Assembly (NCBI GenBank): GCA_963740085.1 | Contig: CAVUCU010000001.1 | Coordinates: 576,001-640,000, forward strand | DNA length: 64,000 nt | Source: Nitrospirota bacterium | GTDB taxonomy: Bacteria > Nitrospirota > UBA9217 | Direction of reading: 5' to 3' | Shown here: positions 42,244-51,398 of the stretch, piece after piece | Numbering within the stretch: the first letter of the stretch is position 1 | How the letters are laid out: every line of letters begins with the position of its first letter | Notes under the pieces: model-generated | Told to the model about the DNA's origin: nothing | Database searches by the model: none | The model's input: the letters and a program-made list of their open reading frames with translations, nothing else | Position numbers and translations under genes: made by a program

Positions 42244-42660
42244 TTAGAAGAACAGCAGGTGCTTCACCGACTCCATCTCCTTCTGAATATCCGCGAAAGA
42301 AACGAACTTGGTGCTGATGTCCGCGCCGCCGATATCATCGGCGTCTTTGATCATCTGGTCCTCTTTCAGGCCGAGGCGCTCCATGTCCTCCTTGCAGACC
42401 CAGATCGGCACATCCACCTGAAGGGAACTCTTGATGTGGCTTTCGGTGCTGGTCACTCCGTAGATCTTCATGGCCGGCTGGTTTTTCACCGCGTTCAGAA
42501 CACCGTCGCCGACGAACACAACGGTCGGGACGACTGAATCGCCTTCATCCATGTAGATCTCAGCGGTCTGGCTTGAGATCGCATGGGTGAGCGCCAGGCG
42601 GGGGTTCTCGCTCTTGTAGGGTGGTCTCTGAACAACGAACAGTAATTTTACGGCGCCCAT
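42244..42660 (-). CDS. DsrF/TusC-like sulfur relay subunit
   Basis: LFVVQRPPY, VFVGDGV, VCKED, ends LLFF. Confidence 0.7.
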   Translation of the reverse strand: MGAVKLLFVVQRPPYKSENPRLALTHAISSQTAEIYMDEGDSVVPTVVFVGDGVLNAVKNQPAMKIYGVTSTESHIKSSLQVDVPIWVCKEDMERLGLKEDQMIKDADDIGGADISTKFVSFADIQKEMESVKHLLFF

Positions 42661-43020
42661 TTACTCACCTCCGATATGAAGCAACTTGTCGGTCTTGACG
42701 GTCTTTGCCAGGTACCAGTCCATGCTGGCGCGTTTCATCCCTGCGGGGACATCTTCCTTGTGATATCCCCGGGCCTCGGCGCACGCCTCGCACACGGTGA
42801 TCTCCATGCCCTTGCCGATCAGCTCCATCATCTTTTTTTCATTATGCGAATAATCCTTGAACGGCTTTTGCCCCTTCTTGGCCATCATCACCGCGTTGCC
42901 GGACAGCCACATATTGACCTTGTGGCCCTTTGCGATCGCGGCCTCGGCAAGCCTGAACGAAAAGTCAAGTGACATCGAGCCGACCAGCGAGGGGAACACT
43001 CCCAGTGTTAATTCTCCCAT
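42661..43020 (-). CDS. DsrE/TusD-like sulfurtransferase subunit
   Basis: AEAAIAKGH, WLSGNAV, VCEACAEARG (active-site Cys); GGAGGAG RBS. Confidence 0.78.
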   Translation of the reverse strand: MGELTLGVFPSLVGSMSLDFSFRLAEAAIAKGHKVNMWLSGNAVMMAKKGQKPFKDYSHNEKKMMELIGKGMEITVCEACAEARGYHKEDVPAGMKRASMDWYLAKTVKTDKLLHIGGE

Positions 43021-43048
43021 AATCTCCTCCTTCGTTAATGCAGACACG

Positions 43049-43142
43049 AAATCCGAATGCCTGAATCCTAAACAAATCGATACTGACTTTTAATTTGAGA
43101 CTTTGATATTGTTTGGGATTTCGAATTTCGATATTAGAATTT
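43049..43142. repeat. inverted pair of heptamer arrays (AAATCCG type) inside the dsr operon
   Basis: AAATCCG AATGCCT GAATCCT AAACAA ... TTGTTT GGGATTT CGAATTT CGATATT AGAATTT; same family as 2129..2244. Confidence 0.72.
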
Positions 43143-43147
43143 GTCCC

Positions 43148-43447
43148 TTACAGCCAGGCCGTCTTCTCATAGTCGTTCATAATGAGATCGACTATATCAC
43201 CGTAGCTGATGACCTTCACCTTGGCGTTCACATTCGCCGCGGTATACCCTCTGATCTCAAGATCATCGGCCAAAACGTAGTAACTTGCTCCTGCCTTGGA
43301 AAGCACGGATGAATCTTTGCCATTCTCCTTGACCACGGCATGATAAACGCCGTTGCCAACGAGGACCACCCCCATTTTGTCGGCCTTCAATCGTTCAAAG
43401 CTGTCTTCGGTCCTTCTCCAGTCGCTTAGAAATACTGCTAATTTCAT
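43148..43447 (-). CDS. DsrH/TusB-like subunit
   Basis: LVGNGVY, YVLADDLEIRG, ISYGDIVDLI, terminal W. Confidence 0.78.
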   Translation of the reverse strand: MKLAVFLSDWRRTEDSFERLKADKMGVVLVGNGVYHAVVKENGKDSSVLSKAGASYYVLADDLEIRGYTAANVNAKVKVISYGDIVDLIMNDYEKTAWL

Positions 43448-43472
43448 CGTATCACCTCCCTGAGACATCATG

Positions 43473-43511
43473 AAAATAAAAAACAGGGGATAAGTTATTC
43501 AATTATCCCCT
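43473..43511 (-). terminator. terminator-like hairpin between ferredoxin 1 and the dsrH-like gene
   Basis: AGGGGATAA-ttgaataac-TTATCCCCT plus T tract. Confidence 0.65.
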
Positions 43512-43533
43512 TCGGTTGACGTCTGCTATCGCA

Positions 43534-43719
43534 TTAGATCTCGGTCACCGTGATCGCCTGCTGCGGGCAGTTCTCCACGCAGGTCAGGCAGTTGATGCAC
43601 TCGGACATGTTCACCGGCTCGGACTTGCCGTTCTCCAGTTTGAACACCTGCTGGGGGCAGGCATCCACACAAACGCCGTCGCCGTCGCACTTTGCCTTGT
43701 CCACTGTTACCATATACAT
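43534..43719 (-). CDS. dicluster ferredoxin (copy 1)
   Basis: CDGDGVC...CP and CINCLTC...CP; AGGAGGT RBS. Confidence 0.93.
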   Translation of the reverse strand: MYMVTVDKAKCDGDGVCVDACPQQVFKLENGKSEPVNMSECINCLTCVENCPQQAITVTEI

Positions 43720-43889
43720 GATTACGCGTACCTCCTTCTGTCAAGTCATACTGCACTCTTCGGCGCACCCTGATCCTTCGTTGGACGGAAACACCCGGCG
43801 CGTCACACGTGGTCGCGGCCTTCCGCGCACGGACAGTATGCGAACGTCACGCGGTGCCAGCACGTCGCGAAACAAAAAAACGGATCTGA

Positions 43890-44225
43890 CTAAACGCAGC
43901 CTGTCGGCTTCGGCAGACCGGCGATCTTGCACGCCTGCTTTGCCGGGCCGCCCGGATACAGCTCATAGAGATACTTGGTGTTGCCCTTGTCAGCCCCGAG
44001 CTTTTTGCCGATCTCTTTGACCAGGATCTTGATCATCGGCGCGATCTGATACTGTTTGTAGTATTCGCGGAGGAAATTCACGACTTCCCAGTGCTGTTCG
44101 GTCATATCGATACCCTCGACCTGCGCGAAGTAATTCGCCACATCCATATTCCAGTCATCCAGGTTCGCTAAAAAGCCATCCTCGTCCACTTCGATCGTCT
44201 TTCCTTTTACGTCAACTGTTGCCAT
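43890..44225 (-). CDS. dsrC: DsrC sulfur-carrier protein
   Basis: DEDGFL, GPAKQACKIAGLPKPTGCV with both C-terminal Cys (CX10C). Confidence 0.96.
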   Translation of the reverse strand: MATVDVKGKTIEVDEDGFLANLDDWNMDVANYFAQVEGIDMTEQHWEVVNFLREYYKQYQIAPMIKILVKEIGKKLGADKGNTKYLYELYPGGPAKQACKIAGLPKPTGCV

Positions 44226-44333
44226 TGTTGTTTCCCCTTTCGTTCATTAAAATATTCGGGCGCTGCATCAGCGTCCGTCTCTTTATCATTGCCGGTTCAG
44301 CAACCGGCAGTTACGCGTTTATCCCGACAATCG

Positions 44334-44696
44334 CTATTGTTTCTTTTTTACTTTAATAAAATATAAGCGGCCATGGCGATCCATGAAGCTCCTTGGCTCT
44401 CCTGATGACCGGTGTGTCCTCCAATCATAACTCAGGATCACATCATCATAATCTTCCCCGGCGATCATATCCGAGGCCTCTTTGGAAAGCTCCCGGCTTG
44501 CAAGATCAAGGGCCTGCAACATCACTTCCCCCACGTTCCTGCTCGTGGGATCAACGATATACAGAGCGCCACACGAACCGCATTTGCCGCCGAGGATCCG
44601 CTCCATCGGGCTTATCTTGATCTCGGCCGGCCGTGCGAACCTGCTGCGGCAAAACGGACAGACCGGCTCGACACCTTCCCTTGCTTCTGTCCTCAA
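44334..44696 (-). CDS. hypothetical zinc-ribbon-like protein in the dsr operon
   Basis: CPFC...CGSC; TTG start; between dsrN and dsrC. Confidence 0.7.
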   Translation of the reverse strand: MRTEAREGVEPVCPFCRSRFARPAEIKISPMERILGGKCGSCGALYIVDPTSRNVGEVMLQALDLASRELSKEASDMIAGEDYDDVILSYDWRTHRSSGEPRSFMDRHGRLYFIKVKKKQ

Positions 44697-44711
44697 ATGG
44701 AAACCCGCCTC

Positions 44712-46109
44712 CTACGCCGCCTGCCTGCTTTTCCGGTATTCGTGGGCCTTTTTAACCAGAGCCTCGGACCACTCCGGCGTACCGAGCGCATGGAGATGAG
44801 TGTACGCGGCAAGCACATTTTTATACACTATCCCGTCGCTCTTGCCGTCTATCCCGTGACCGCGGGTCATATGATACGCCATCGGTTGCAGCTCGGCACC
44901 GATCACCGGACGGGAATAGTGGAATTCATGGCCTTTTATTATAACACCCTTGTCAAGGAACGGACTTTCGATCCCTGTTTCCAAAACAGTATACCCATGC
45001 GCCTGCGGCCTTTTTTCGAGAACAAAGTCGATCGGCAGAACCGACGTCATGGGATAGCTCTTTTCATTGACCGTCAGGCTCCTGCCGAGATAAATAAGAC
45101 CGCCGCACTCGGCATATATGGGAAGCCCGTCTTCTGCCGCGGCCTTGACCGATCTGCAAAAATTTTCGTTCGCGGCCAATTCCGCGGCCTGCGTCTCGGG
45201 AAAGCCTCCGCCTATATAAAGGGCGTCTATATCAGGGAGCGACCTGTCATGAAGTGCGTTGATCTCCCTGAGGAAGGCTCCGTGCTGTTCAAGCGCCTCC
45301 AAATTATCAGGATAGTAGAACTGAAACGCGGTATCCCTGATAACTCCGATCACTGCGCGTTCTTTTTCTCCCGAAAACCGGTCCGGAGAAACAACGGCTG
45401 CCGGGACATCCAGTTCCGGCGCATCACAGATGATCTCCCATAACCCGGGGAGATCAAGATATTTTTCCGCTGCTGCTGCTGAAGCGCTGATCGCCTGATC
45501 GACTTCAGGATGCTCATGGAACGGTGTGAGACCCATGTGACGTTCGGGGAATTCACCGTTCCTCTGCCGGGGCATCGCGCCGACGACCGCAATGCCGCTG
45601 CTCTGTTCAATGGACTTCCTGATCACCGACTCGTGCCTGCCGGGCGATACATTGTTCAGAATGATCCCCCTGATGTCGACTTCGGGATCATACGTCCGGC
45701 ATCCCAGGACAACGGCCCCGATGGTGCTTGAGGCCTTGGTGCAATCCACGATAAGGAGGACAGGCGTTTTGAGCAGTTTTGCTAATCGCGCCGTGCTGTA
45801 GCGCCCGGATTCGTCAATGCCGTCAAAGAGGCCCCGGTTGCCCTCGATCAATGCCGCATCAGCGCCATTGGTATGCTGCTGAAAAGAGCGGAGGATGCTT
45901 TCTCCCTCCATCATGAAGAGATCCAGATTGTAGCACGGCCTGCCTGCCGCCTTACCAAGCCATCCCGCGTCAATAAAATCAGGGCCTTTTTTAAAGACCG
46001 CTACCTGTCTGCCCTGTCTGCGCCACGCAGCGGTGATGCCGATCGCGATGGTAGTCTTGCCCAGTCCCCCCCGTGTTGCGGAAACGACCAGCCTCGGGAT
46101 CTTCCGCAT
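44712..46109 (-). CDS. dsrN: siroheme amidase (CbiA/CobB homolog)
   Basis: GGLGKT, FKKGPDFID, IEGNRGLFDG, PERHMGL, YAECGG, GHEFHYS, YTHLH; dsr context. Confidence 0.9.
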   Translation of the reverse strand: MRKIPRLVVSATRGGLGKTTIAIGITAAWRRQGRQVAVFKKGPDFIDAGWLGKAAGRPCYNLDLFMMEGESILRSFQQHTNGADAALIEGNRGLFDGIDESGRYSTARLAKLLKTPVLLIVDCTKASSTIGAVVLGCRTYDPEVDIRGIILNNVSPGRHESVIRKSIEQSSGIAVVGAMPRQRNGEFPERHMGLTPFHEHPEVDQAISASAAAAEKYLDLPGLWEIICDAPELDVPAAVVSPDRFSGEKERAVIGVIRDTAFQFYYPDNLEALEQHGAFLREINALHDRSLPDIDALYIGGGFPETQAAELAANENFCRSVKAAAEDGLPIYAECGGLIYLGRSLTVNEKSYPMTSVLPIDFVLEKRPQAHGYTVLETGIESPFLDKGVIIKGHEFHYSRPVIGAELQPMAYHMTRGHGIDGKSDGIVYKNVLAAYTHLHALGTPEWSEALVKKAHEYRKSRQAA

Positions 46110-46116
46110 GAGCGCG

Positions 46117-46353
46117 TTATGATTGAGGATTGGCCGAACCTTCCGTGTGCGGGATCTCAACAGCCGTGCCGCCGAAATACGAGTACACCAGCTTGCCGCC
46201 GTCAATGAGCACACGAAGCGCCGCTTTTGTCTCGGCCTGGGTCGCGCCTTCAGCCTCCATGGCGTTGCTGATGTCCTTGGGCTTCAGTTTCTTTTTCCCC
46301 TGGCTCTTCTCCACCAGGGCATACACTTTTTTCTGCAGTTCTTCGGCATCCAT
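46117..46353 (-). CDS. dsrD: dissimilatory sulfite reductase D protein
   Basis: 78-aa basic winged-helix-like protein (KKKLKPKD, LIDGGKLVYSYFGG) immediately after dsrB. Confidence 0.82.
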   Translation of the reverse strand: MDAEELQKKVYALVEKSQGKKKLKPKDISNAMEAEGATQAETKAALRVLIDGGKLVYSYFGGTAVEIPHTEGSANPQS

Positions 46354-46386
46354 ATTCATCCCCTCCATTAGGTTGTTCAGGTCATA

Positions 46387-46420
46387 GAAAAACCGGCCCC
46401 TGTATCTTCCCGGGGCCGGT
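46387..46420 (-). terminator. terminator/attenuator hairpin between dsrB and dsrD
   Basis: ACCGGCCCC...GGGGCCGGT followed by TTTT. Confidence 0.65.
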
Positions 46421-46434
46421 ATGACAGTATCCTG

Positions 46435-47508
46435 CTATTCCCACTTGAAGGTCGGGGTCATTCTGAACGTGTCACGCGCAAAGGTGAAGTCATCGATGTG
46501 CTGATACGTGAACGGTATCCCGGTCAACTTGAAGAAACGCTCCCAGCCGATACGCTCGATCCACTCGCCCACGCGCTCGTGCATATGCGCATCCTTGGCA
46601 TAGACCTCGACCAGGTGCTTCACTGCCTGCACGACCTCGGGCCAGCGCGGCGGATTGTTGGGGAGGAACGGGATGGCCAGCTTGGACATGCGGGGAACGC
46701 CGCGTGCGTTCGAAACTTTGCCACCCACATAGATGGAGATACCGTCGCCGTGCGCATCTGCGAGCGGCATCGCGGGACACATGGTGTAGCAGTTGCCGCA
46801 GTACATGCAGCGCTCTTCCTTGATCTTCACCGACTTTGCAGCCGGGTTCGGGGCAATAGCGCCGGTCGGGCAGGATGCGATGGTCGTGGGGATCTCGCAC
46901 TGATTGCCTATCAAGGACTCGTTCACCTTCGGCGGCTTGCGATGAATGCCGAGGATGGAAATATCGGAGCAGTGTACCGCTCCGCACATATTCAGACAGC
47001 AGGCGAGCGCGATCCTGACCCTCGCCGGAAGCGTCTTCGTGGTAAAGTACTCGTGGAGCTCATCCATCACGGCCTTCACGACTCCCGAGGCGTCAGTGGC
47101 CGGCGTGTGACAATGGACCCAGCCCTGGGTGTGCACTACGTTGCTGATGCCGTACCCGATGCCGCCGACCAGATGGCCGCGTTTCTTGAGTTCTGCCTGG
47201 AGAGGATCTAAATTAGCCTTGTCCGGGAAGAACTCGACGTTGTTCCGCGTGGTGAAGCGAAGATGTCCGCCGCTGAACTTCTCGGCAAGATCGCATATTT
47301 CGCGGATAAAATCGGTGCTCACCAGACGGGGTGATGCCATACGCACGGTATAGAGTTCGTCGCCGGTCTCGGAAACGTGCTTCATGGCGCCCTTATTGAT
47401 TATTTCGTGGTACTTCCATTTCCCGTAGTTCTTCGTGATCACGGGAGGCAAAAATTTGCTAAAGTGAGGAGCTCCAATATCGGTTATTCTCTTCGGTTTG
47501 TCAGCCAT
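46435..47508 (-). CDS. dsrB: dissimilatory sulfite reductase beta subunit
   Basis: [49 protein letters not shown]. Confidence 0.97.
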   Translation of the reverse strand: MADKPKRITDIGAPHFSKFLPPVITKNYGKWKYHEIINKGAMKHVSETGDELYTVRMASPRLVSTDFIREICDLAEKFSGGHLRFTTRNNVEFFPDKANLDPLQAELKKRGHLVGGIGYGISNVVHTQGWVHCHTPATDASGVVKAVMDELHEYFTTKTLPARVRIALACCLNMCGAVHCSDISILGIHRKPPKVNESLIGNQCEIPTTIASCPTGAIAPNPAAKSVKIKEERCMYCGNCYTMCPAMPLADAHGDGISIYVGGKVSNARGVPRMSKLAIPFLPNNPPRWPEVVQAVKHLVEVYAKDAHMHERVGEWIERIGWERFFKLTGIPFTYQHIDDFTFARDTFRMTPTFKWE

Positions 47509-47528
47509 TCTAAGTTATCCTCCTTAAG

Positions 47529-48707
47529 TTATTTCACGTCTTCCGCGGACCAGAATACGTACGGGTTCGACCTGGGGGCTTTCACCATCTGCGCCACGGG
47601 CGGCAGACCGGTTGATTCGAGCATGGACCGCATTCCCATGCGGTCGACGAGTTCGCCGATACGCTCGCGGTTCTTGCCGTGCTCATCCCACCACTCCCAC
47701 AACTTGCGAATGAGGTCTTCCAGGTTATCGTACGGTTTCTCGAGCTTCATGAAGGGGACAATGACCCAGCTCATGAGAGCGCCGGTCACGATCGGGGCCT
47801 TGCCGCCGAGCATGATCGTCGCGCCTTTTTCCTTGCCCGGGCGCAGCGCCTTTGGCATCCGGTTGATGCAGTTCATGCAGCGGCTGCAATCCTTCCCGTT
47901 GATCTTGAGCGCGGAGCCATCAAAGCTCATGCACTTGGTCGGACACATATCGATGACCTCGGACTGGATGTTCATTTCCGAGGCATACTTCTTCACCTCT
48001 GCCTGATCGATCCGGATGGAGTCTCTCCAGGTGCCGATGATGGACATGTCGGCGCGGGCGATCGCAGCGACGCAGTCGTTGGCGCAACCGGCAACCTTGA
48101 TCTTGAACTTGTAAGGGAACGCGGGACGATGAAGCTCATCCTGGAACTTATGCGTGAGGACGTCGCAGATTTCCATCGTGTCTATGTTGGCAAATTCGCA
48201 ACGGGACATACCCGCGCAGCAGCTCGGGGTACGGAGGCAGGAGCCGGAACCGCCGAGGTCCCAGCCCTTTGCAGTTGTTTCCGCGAAGATGGCCTCAAGC
48301 TTATCGGTCTGGGTGCCGAGGAGGACCAGGTCGCCCGTCGAACCATGCATGTTGGTCAGGCCGCTTCCATATTTGTCCCATATGTCCATCAGTTCACGAA
48401 GTGCGCTGGAAGTGTAATAGAAACCGGAAGGCTGATTAATACGGACGGTGTGAAAGTGCGCGACTCCCGGGTATTCCTCGGGCAGATCGCAGTAGCGGCC
48501 GATGACGCCGCCGCCGTAACCGAGCACGCCCACGATGCCGCCGTGCTTCCAGTGGGTAACCTTATCACGGTATGATCGCTCAAGGATGTTAAGCAGATCT
48601 TTTGCCGTATTACTTTTCACGGCAGCCTTCTTGATCTCTTTCACGAAACTAGGCCATGCGCCCTTTTCCAGATCGTCAAGCATTGGTGTCTTGCCATCTT
48701 TGCTCAT
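47529..48707 (-). CDS. dsrA: dissimilatory sulfite reductase alpha subunit
   Basis: WPSFV, HWKHGGIVGV.GYGGGVIGRY, HGSTGD, CAGMSRCE, YKFKIKVAGCANDC, PRSNPY. Confidence 0.97.
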   Translation of the reverse strand: MSKDGKTPMLDDLEKGAWPSFVKEIKKAAVKSNTAKDLLNILERSYRDKVTHWKHGGIVGVLGYGGGVIGRYCDLPEEYPGVAHFHTVRINQPSGFYYTSSALRELMDIWDKYGSGLTNMHGSTGDLVLLGTQTDKLEAIFAETTAKGWDLGGSGSCLRTPSCCAGMSRCEFANIDTMEICDVLTHKFQDELHRPAFPYKFKIKVAGCANDCVAAIARADMSIIGTWRDSIRIDQAEVKKYASEMNIQSEVIDMCPTKCMSFDGSALKINGKDCSRCMNCINRMPKALRPGKEKGATIMLGGKAPIVTGALMSWVIVPFMKLEKPYDNLEDLIRKLWEWWDEHGKNRERIGELVDRMGMRSMLESTGLPPVAQMVKAPRSNPYVFWSAEDVK

Positions 48708-48971
48708 TTAGGAAATCCTCCTTATAGAATTTTCTGGCTAACTTAAAGATTCGTTCAAAGTCATCGGATCGGAACCATGCTTCAATAAAACGGAATACGC
48801 TCAGCGGAATCCATAACGCTCTGCAACCTGCGGGATACGGTTTATGTTATTCGGAGTGATGTCCCCCTTTCAAAATAAAATGAAAAAAAATAGTGCGAAC
48901 CTGATGGATTGATATGGAAATATTATCGTTCAAGACTTGACGTGCGACGTATAATAATGTTGAGACATGAG

Positions 48972-49000
48972 ATTGTATGGGTAGTTACTCTTTTAGTCAA
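48972..49000 (-). promoter_or_regulatory. putative sigma70 promoter of the dsr operon
   Basis: TTGACT-17 nt-TACAAT on the minus strand, in an AT-rich intergenic region. Confidence 0.6.
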
Positions 49001-49426
49001 ATAAATAATACTAATTGAACCATAATCGAAAATAATTTGCAATGCTTCGAAGATACTATTTCAATTATTAAGTAGTCTATAGTTGCAATTATGGTTAAAC
49101 TGAAATACTGAGAAGCTGACAATGGATGCAATATGGCGGCCACCAGCATGTTCGCAATAAAAAAAATAAACTATTTAAATAATAAAAAGTTAGACGTCAT
49201 GATAACTTAATCCATAATAGTGTTTTATGGTACAATCACCAAAACATAATATTGATAAAATTACAATAAATTGTTTTTACATAATAATAATGCAAAAGAA
49301 GCATGTTTTGGTCATTTTACCAATATGGTCATCTCCATCGTTCATCCGTGTGTTCATCCGTGCGTTGACTCTGCTGATGAGTTCTGCTACCATGATACTG
49401 CTCTTTCCTCGATTACGGAGAAAAAT

Positions 49427-49843
49427 ATGGTCAAAGCAAAAGTAACCTTGCTGAACAATATGCAGTTTACGGGAACAGCATCGTCAGGTCATACCCTGAT
49501 CATGGATGCGGACGATCAATCAGGCGGTCACAACGCGGGCTTCAGACCCATGGAACTTCTCCTCGTGAGCTTCGGCGGTTGCACGGGTATGGATCTTATC
49601 TCCATTCTCGAGAAGAAGCGGCAGCCGGTCACCGGTCTCGAGATCAATGTCACCGGAGAAAGGTCGGACACGGCTCCGAAGATATACAAAGAGGTCCACA
49701 TTGAATATGTGGTGAAAGGCAGAGATGTGGAAAAGAGGGCCGTCGAACGCGCCATCCACCTCTCGCTGGAAAAGTATTGTTCTGTAGGCGCAACGCTTGC
49801 CAAGGCAGGGACCATCACGCACAGCTACAGGATCGTGGAGTAG
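49427..49843 (+). CDS. OsmC/YhfA family protein
   Basis: RPMELLL, GGCTG, SLEKYCSV; start MVKAK after GGAG. Confidence 0.9.
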   Translation: MVKAKVTLLNNMQFTGTASSGHTLIMDADDQSGGHNAGFRPMELLLVSFGGCTGMDLISILEKKRQPVTGLEINVTGERSDTAPKIYKEVHIEYVVKGRDVEKRAVERAIHLSLEKYCSVGATLAKAGTITHSYRIVE

Positions 49844-49912
49844 GTTCCTGTCCCTTTTCCATTTTCAAACTCTGCGCTGAACTCCGAACTATTTTTATGC
49901 CATGACGCCGGC

Positions 49913-50533
49913 TCACCACTCCAGGCTCAGGAGGGCGAGGATGCCCGAGGCGATAATGATGCCGCCGGAGATGAAGTTCACCCAGCGAAGCTGATGGGAG
50001 TGGAACCGTCTGCGGAAAATGCTGAAAATGCCCACCAGGAATACCCACCAAAGCGCCGAACCGAGGAAGACGCCGAGGATAAGGGCGCCCGAGGAAAAAA
50101 AACTTCCCTTCACTCCGGCGAGTCCGAATCCGGCAAAGACCGCAGCAAAGGAGAAGATCGTCATGGGGTTGGTCAAGGTCAGAAAAAAAGTGGAGGAATA
50201 CATGCCGGCGAATTTTTTGAGGGTCTTGGGGTAATCGAGTTTCGCGGCCGGTGCAGCAACCAGCGCCTTAACGCCCAGAAAGCACAAGAGCGACCCGCCC
50301 ACGAGCCTGAGGAGCACGTTGTGGCCGATGAGAAAGTCCGACACAAGTGTCAGGCCGAAAGCAGCCACAAAACCGTAGATGGCGTCGGCCGTCGCCGCGC
50401 CCATACCGGAAAAGAACCCGGCCCTCCTGCCGAACATGAGCGTGCGGCGGGCGCAGAGGATGCCGATGGGGCCGACCGGGGCCGCGATGACGAAACCAAT
50501 AATGAGTCCTTTGAGAAAAAAAGTCGTTTCCAT
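49913..50533 (-). CDS. LysE family translocator
   Basis: AAPVGP, GAATAD, LTLTNP, GSALWW. Confidence 0.9.
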   Translation of the reverse strand: METTFFLKGLIIGFVIAAPVGPIGILCARRTLMFGRRAGFFSGMGAATADAIYGFVAAFGLTLVSDFLIGHNVLLRLVGGSLLCFLGVKALVAAPAAKLDYPKTLKKFAGMYSSTFFLTLTNPMTIFSFAAVFAGFGLAGVKGSFFSSGALILGVFLGSALWWVFLVGIFSIFRRRFHSHQLRWVNFISGGIIIASGILALLSLEW

Positions 50534-50798
50534 ACCGAAAAAGTTGGGACTATTCTACCCTGCGGCAGTTACTTTGACAACGGAATTTTCCACATTCCCC
50601 AAAGGATGCATCTCAATCAGTTGATCTCAGGCCATCAGAGAGTGCGGGACCGTCATCGGGTCAAGGACCAATAAGCGATTCACAGGCTCTCCGGTCAAAA
50701 GTGAAGCATTCAAGCACTGAACCTGCCGTGTGATCCGGCAGTACTCTTATACAGTCTCTTAACGGCTCAGTGAAGTGAAACTACTTCGGGACGAAGTC

Positions 50799-51353
50799 AT
50801 GGCGCTCAAATCGACCGTATTCAAAGCAGAGCTGCAGATATCAGACACCTGCCGCGGCTACTATCATGACCACAGCCTTACCATCGCCCGCCATCCATCC
50901 GAGAATGACGAGCGCATGATGCTGCGGCTTTTGGCCTTCGCCCTGCACGCGAATGAGTCGCTGGTCTTCGGCGACAGCATCGGAAACGAGGATGAGCCCT
51001 CACTCTGGCAAAAGGACCTTACCGGCGCGATCGGGGTCTGGATCGATGTGGGCCAGCCTGATGAAAAAAGGATCCGCAGGGCCTGCGGACGCGCGGAACA
51101 GGTATTCATTTATACCTACGGCGGCCACGGCGTCGAAGTGTGGTGGGGCCAGATCCGTCAAAATCTCGAACGCTTCGGAAACCTGACCGTGATAGCGCTG
51201 CCCGCACATACCCTCTCAGCACTTGCCGGGATGGCGAAGCGCGGCATGAAGCTGCAATTCACCATACAAGAGCGGCAAATCTGGGTGACTGACGACGTGA
51301 AGACGGTGCATCTGGACCTGACCGGTGCAGAGCTCCTGTCAAGTTCTCCGTAG
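50799..51353 (+). CDS. yaeQ: YaeQ family protein
   Basis: MALKST.FKA, ARHPSEND.RMM, WIDVGQPD. Confidence 0.9.
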   Translation: MALKSTVFKAELQISDTCRGYYHDHSLTIARHPSENDERMMLRLLAFALHANESLVFGDSIGNEDEPSLWQKDLTGAIGVWIDVGQPDEKRIRRACGRAEQVFIYTYGGHGVEVWWGQIRQNLERFGNLTVIALPAHTLSALAGMAKRGMKLQFTIQERQIWVTDDVKTVHLDLTGAELLSSSP

Positions 51354-51398
51354 TTCCGAGCAGCTGACTTTATGCGTTATGGATCCCGGGCAGTCTGC

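Noticed and set aside
44712-46109. cbiA/cobB cobalamin biosynthesis gene
   Set aside because: No other cobalamin genes are nearby; its position after dsrD indicates dsrN.
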